The notes under the pieces: generated by a model
What the model was told of the DNA's origin: nothing
Seen by the model: only the letters and a program-made list of their open reading frames with translations
Databases searched by the model: none
Translations under genes and position numbers: made by a program
Shown here: positions 62,569-64,000 of the stretch, piece after piece
How positions within the stretch are numbered: the first letter of the stretch is position 1
Layout of the letters: each line of letters begins with the position of its first letter
Source of the DNA: a virus
DNA: 64,000 bases
Reading direction: 5' to 3' (one strand)
IMG/VR virus record: IMGVR_UViG_3300028558_000022
Span: 1-64,000 of that record

Positions 62569-62951
62569 GCTAGAAACTTCCTCAATTCGCCTTGGCTCTC
62601 CTCAAAGCCGAATCGCTTGGTACAAAAGGCCCGTAACAAGTCGTTGTTCGTGTTGAACACTATCTCGGTAAAGCCGTTCTCTTTTGCTTTGGCAGCCAGT
62701 TTGTCGAACCCTTCCAGCATTGCCTTCATGTTACGCTTCTTGTCCAAGTTCGAGACGTACTGGATGTCGAGTCGAAGGGCCTTCGTGCCCCGGACGAAAC
62801 AGATGGGACCAAGTTCGTCTTCGTAGACCTTGCAAATGCTTCCGGGATTAGTGAAGAACTTGACCTCAGTCCCTTGGTGATGTTCGTCTTTGGCAAGACT
62901 TAACTCCAGCAACTCTAAGTCGCCCGGTTCAAGAAATCTGTCTGTTACCAT
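62565..62951 (-). CDS. GNAT-like virion assembly protein
   Basis: AK.NGF..I.F......F..RFGF pattern; precedes the ejection genes; start at ATG 62951. Confidence 0.5.
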   Translation of the reverse strand: MVTDRFLEPGDLELLELSLAKDEHHQGTEVKFFTNPGSICKVYEDELGPICFVRGTKALRLDIQYVSNLDKKRNMKAMLEGFDKLAAKAKENGFTEIVFNTNNDLLRAFCTKRFGFEESQGELRKFLA

Positions 62952-62961
62952 TTCACTCCGT

Positions 62962-63993
62962 TTAGTAGATGACGCACGTATTCCCCCCACTTGAAGGGGG
63001 CGCGATAATTATCTGGAAGGTATGGGTACCTAATGATCCATTCGCATCAGTGACTCCGATACTAAAGGTGTACGTACCTACTACACTCGGCGTACCTGAT
63101 ATCACACCGGTAGTGCTGTTCAAATTGGTCCCTGTTGGTAATGATCCAGACGACACGGCGAATGTAAACGGCGGCGTACCGTTTACAACCGATATGGTTA
63201 CTGAATACGCTGTGCCTAAGGAACCCCCAATTAGGTTTTGGACAATAGGGCTAGGGTTGTTCCCGATGACAAGATAACTTGGTTTCCCTTTCTGAGCGTA
63301 AGCCGGACCTTTAGGAACAACTTCAGACCCTAACTTATTGCCTTTCACAACAAGAGCAGCAACTCCGGTACGAAGCTCCAGAGCTGCGGCTGCGTACTGG
63401 TTAATAGCACTACTGCCCATCTGTGTGCCGACTGTGAAGGCTGTGTTGGGGTATTGAATCGGTCCTACATCGACCAGTGCGATAGACGCAGTAGTAAGTG
63501 CAGGAATCACACTCTGTCTGAGAGTTCCTAGTAACGCCCCAGTAAATGTTTGACCTGACGTTGTGGCTACAGCTATAGCCCCAACACCCCAACTTCCGTT
63601 GTCCTGTGTGTTTATAGCGCAATCTGGGATGTTAGTGTTTCCCGTAGCAGACGGACCTATGTTCCCTAAGCCAGTCATTCCGGCATACTCTTCGTATGCT
63701 GCACTTGCCAACGTCGAGCCACTGAAGTTTATGGTGATCGTCCTGCTACCCGTCGCAGCAGTTACCGGACCAGACCACAGCTCAACTCGTACATTCGAGC
63801 TGTTGTTGGCTGCGGTGATTAAAGTGTAGGTATTAACGCCATCAGTGATACTTGACACGCTCACCGAGGTATTAGCGATAGCGATCCCTATGACGACTCG
63901 TTGGCCGTTAGTCAGTGTGTTTGCGGCAAACGCAAGTGATGTTGCCGCAGATGAGAGACTGGCCGTTGCTCCAGTTGTTGCACTGATAGCCAT
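62962..63993 (-). CDS. virion/tail protein with C-terminal He_PIG Ig-like domain
   Basis: GTPPFTFAVSSGSLPTG..LN..TGVISGTP...GTYTF.I.VTDANG. Confidence 0.8.
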   Translation of the reverse strand: MAISATTGATASLSSAATSLAFAANTLTNGQRVVIGIAIANTSVSVSSITDGVNTYTLITAANNSSNVRVELWSGPVTAATGSRTITINFSGSTLASAAYEEYAGMTGLGNIGPSATGNTNIPDCAINTQDNGSWGVGAIAVATTSGQTFTGALLGTLRQSVIPALTTASIALVDVGPIQYPNTAFTVGTQMGSSAINQYAAAALELRTGVAALVVKGNKLGSEVVPKGPAYAQKGKPSYLVIGNNPSPIVQNLIGGSLGTAYSVTISVVNGTPPFTFAVSSGSLPTGTNLNSTTGVISGTPSVVGTYTFSIGVTDANGSLGTHTFQIIIAPPSSGGNTCVIY

Positions 63994-64000
63994 CAGTCAT

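Overview
This 64-kb window is part of a temperate dsDNA phage genome, probably podovirus-like and probably infecting an acidobacterium (the host is an inference). It carries an intact attP that matches a tRNA-Ser 3' end, beside a tyrosine integrase and excisionase. Genes from 2.1 to 51.1 kb run almost entirely rightward. They include PolA, an RNA-gene cluster, an early-gene block with a Ycf46-like AAA/DUF1257/DUF2997/radical SAM module, a beta-clamp, a methyltransferase, a small recombinase, exonuclease/SSAP, RNA ligase, helicase, primase-helicase and RecA. Leftward genes occupy both window ends: tRNAs, a JAB-like gene and RNase H at the left, and NrdJ, lysis genes, ejection proteins and an Ig-domain protein at the right. 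Six observations stand out: (1) a circularly permuted two-piece tmRNA gene with a 33-residue tag ending LAA; (2) a shared C-terminal motif, roughly GR[KLM]F[RK][ED][ED], on about nine proteins from several unrelated families; (3) an AAA+ ATPase whose Walker B segment precedes its Walker A segment; (4) eight co-oriented ~18-bp motifs at gene junctions, ending one gene before a catalytic-domain-only tyrosine recombinase; (5) tRNA-like genes with aberrant anticodon loops; (6) a 17-bp palindromic operator in about 12 copies, and an apparent complete absence of CCWGG. All family calls come from motif recognition by eye; no database search was run.
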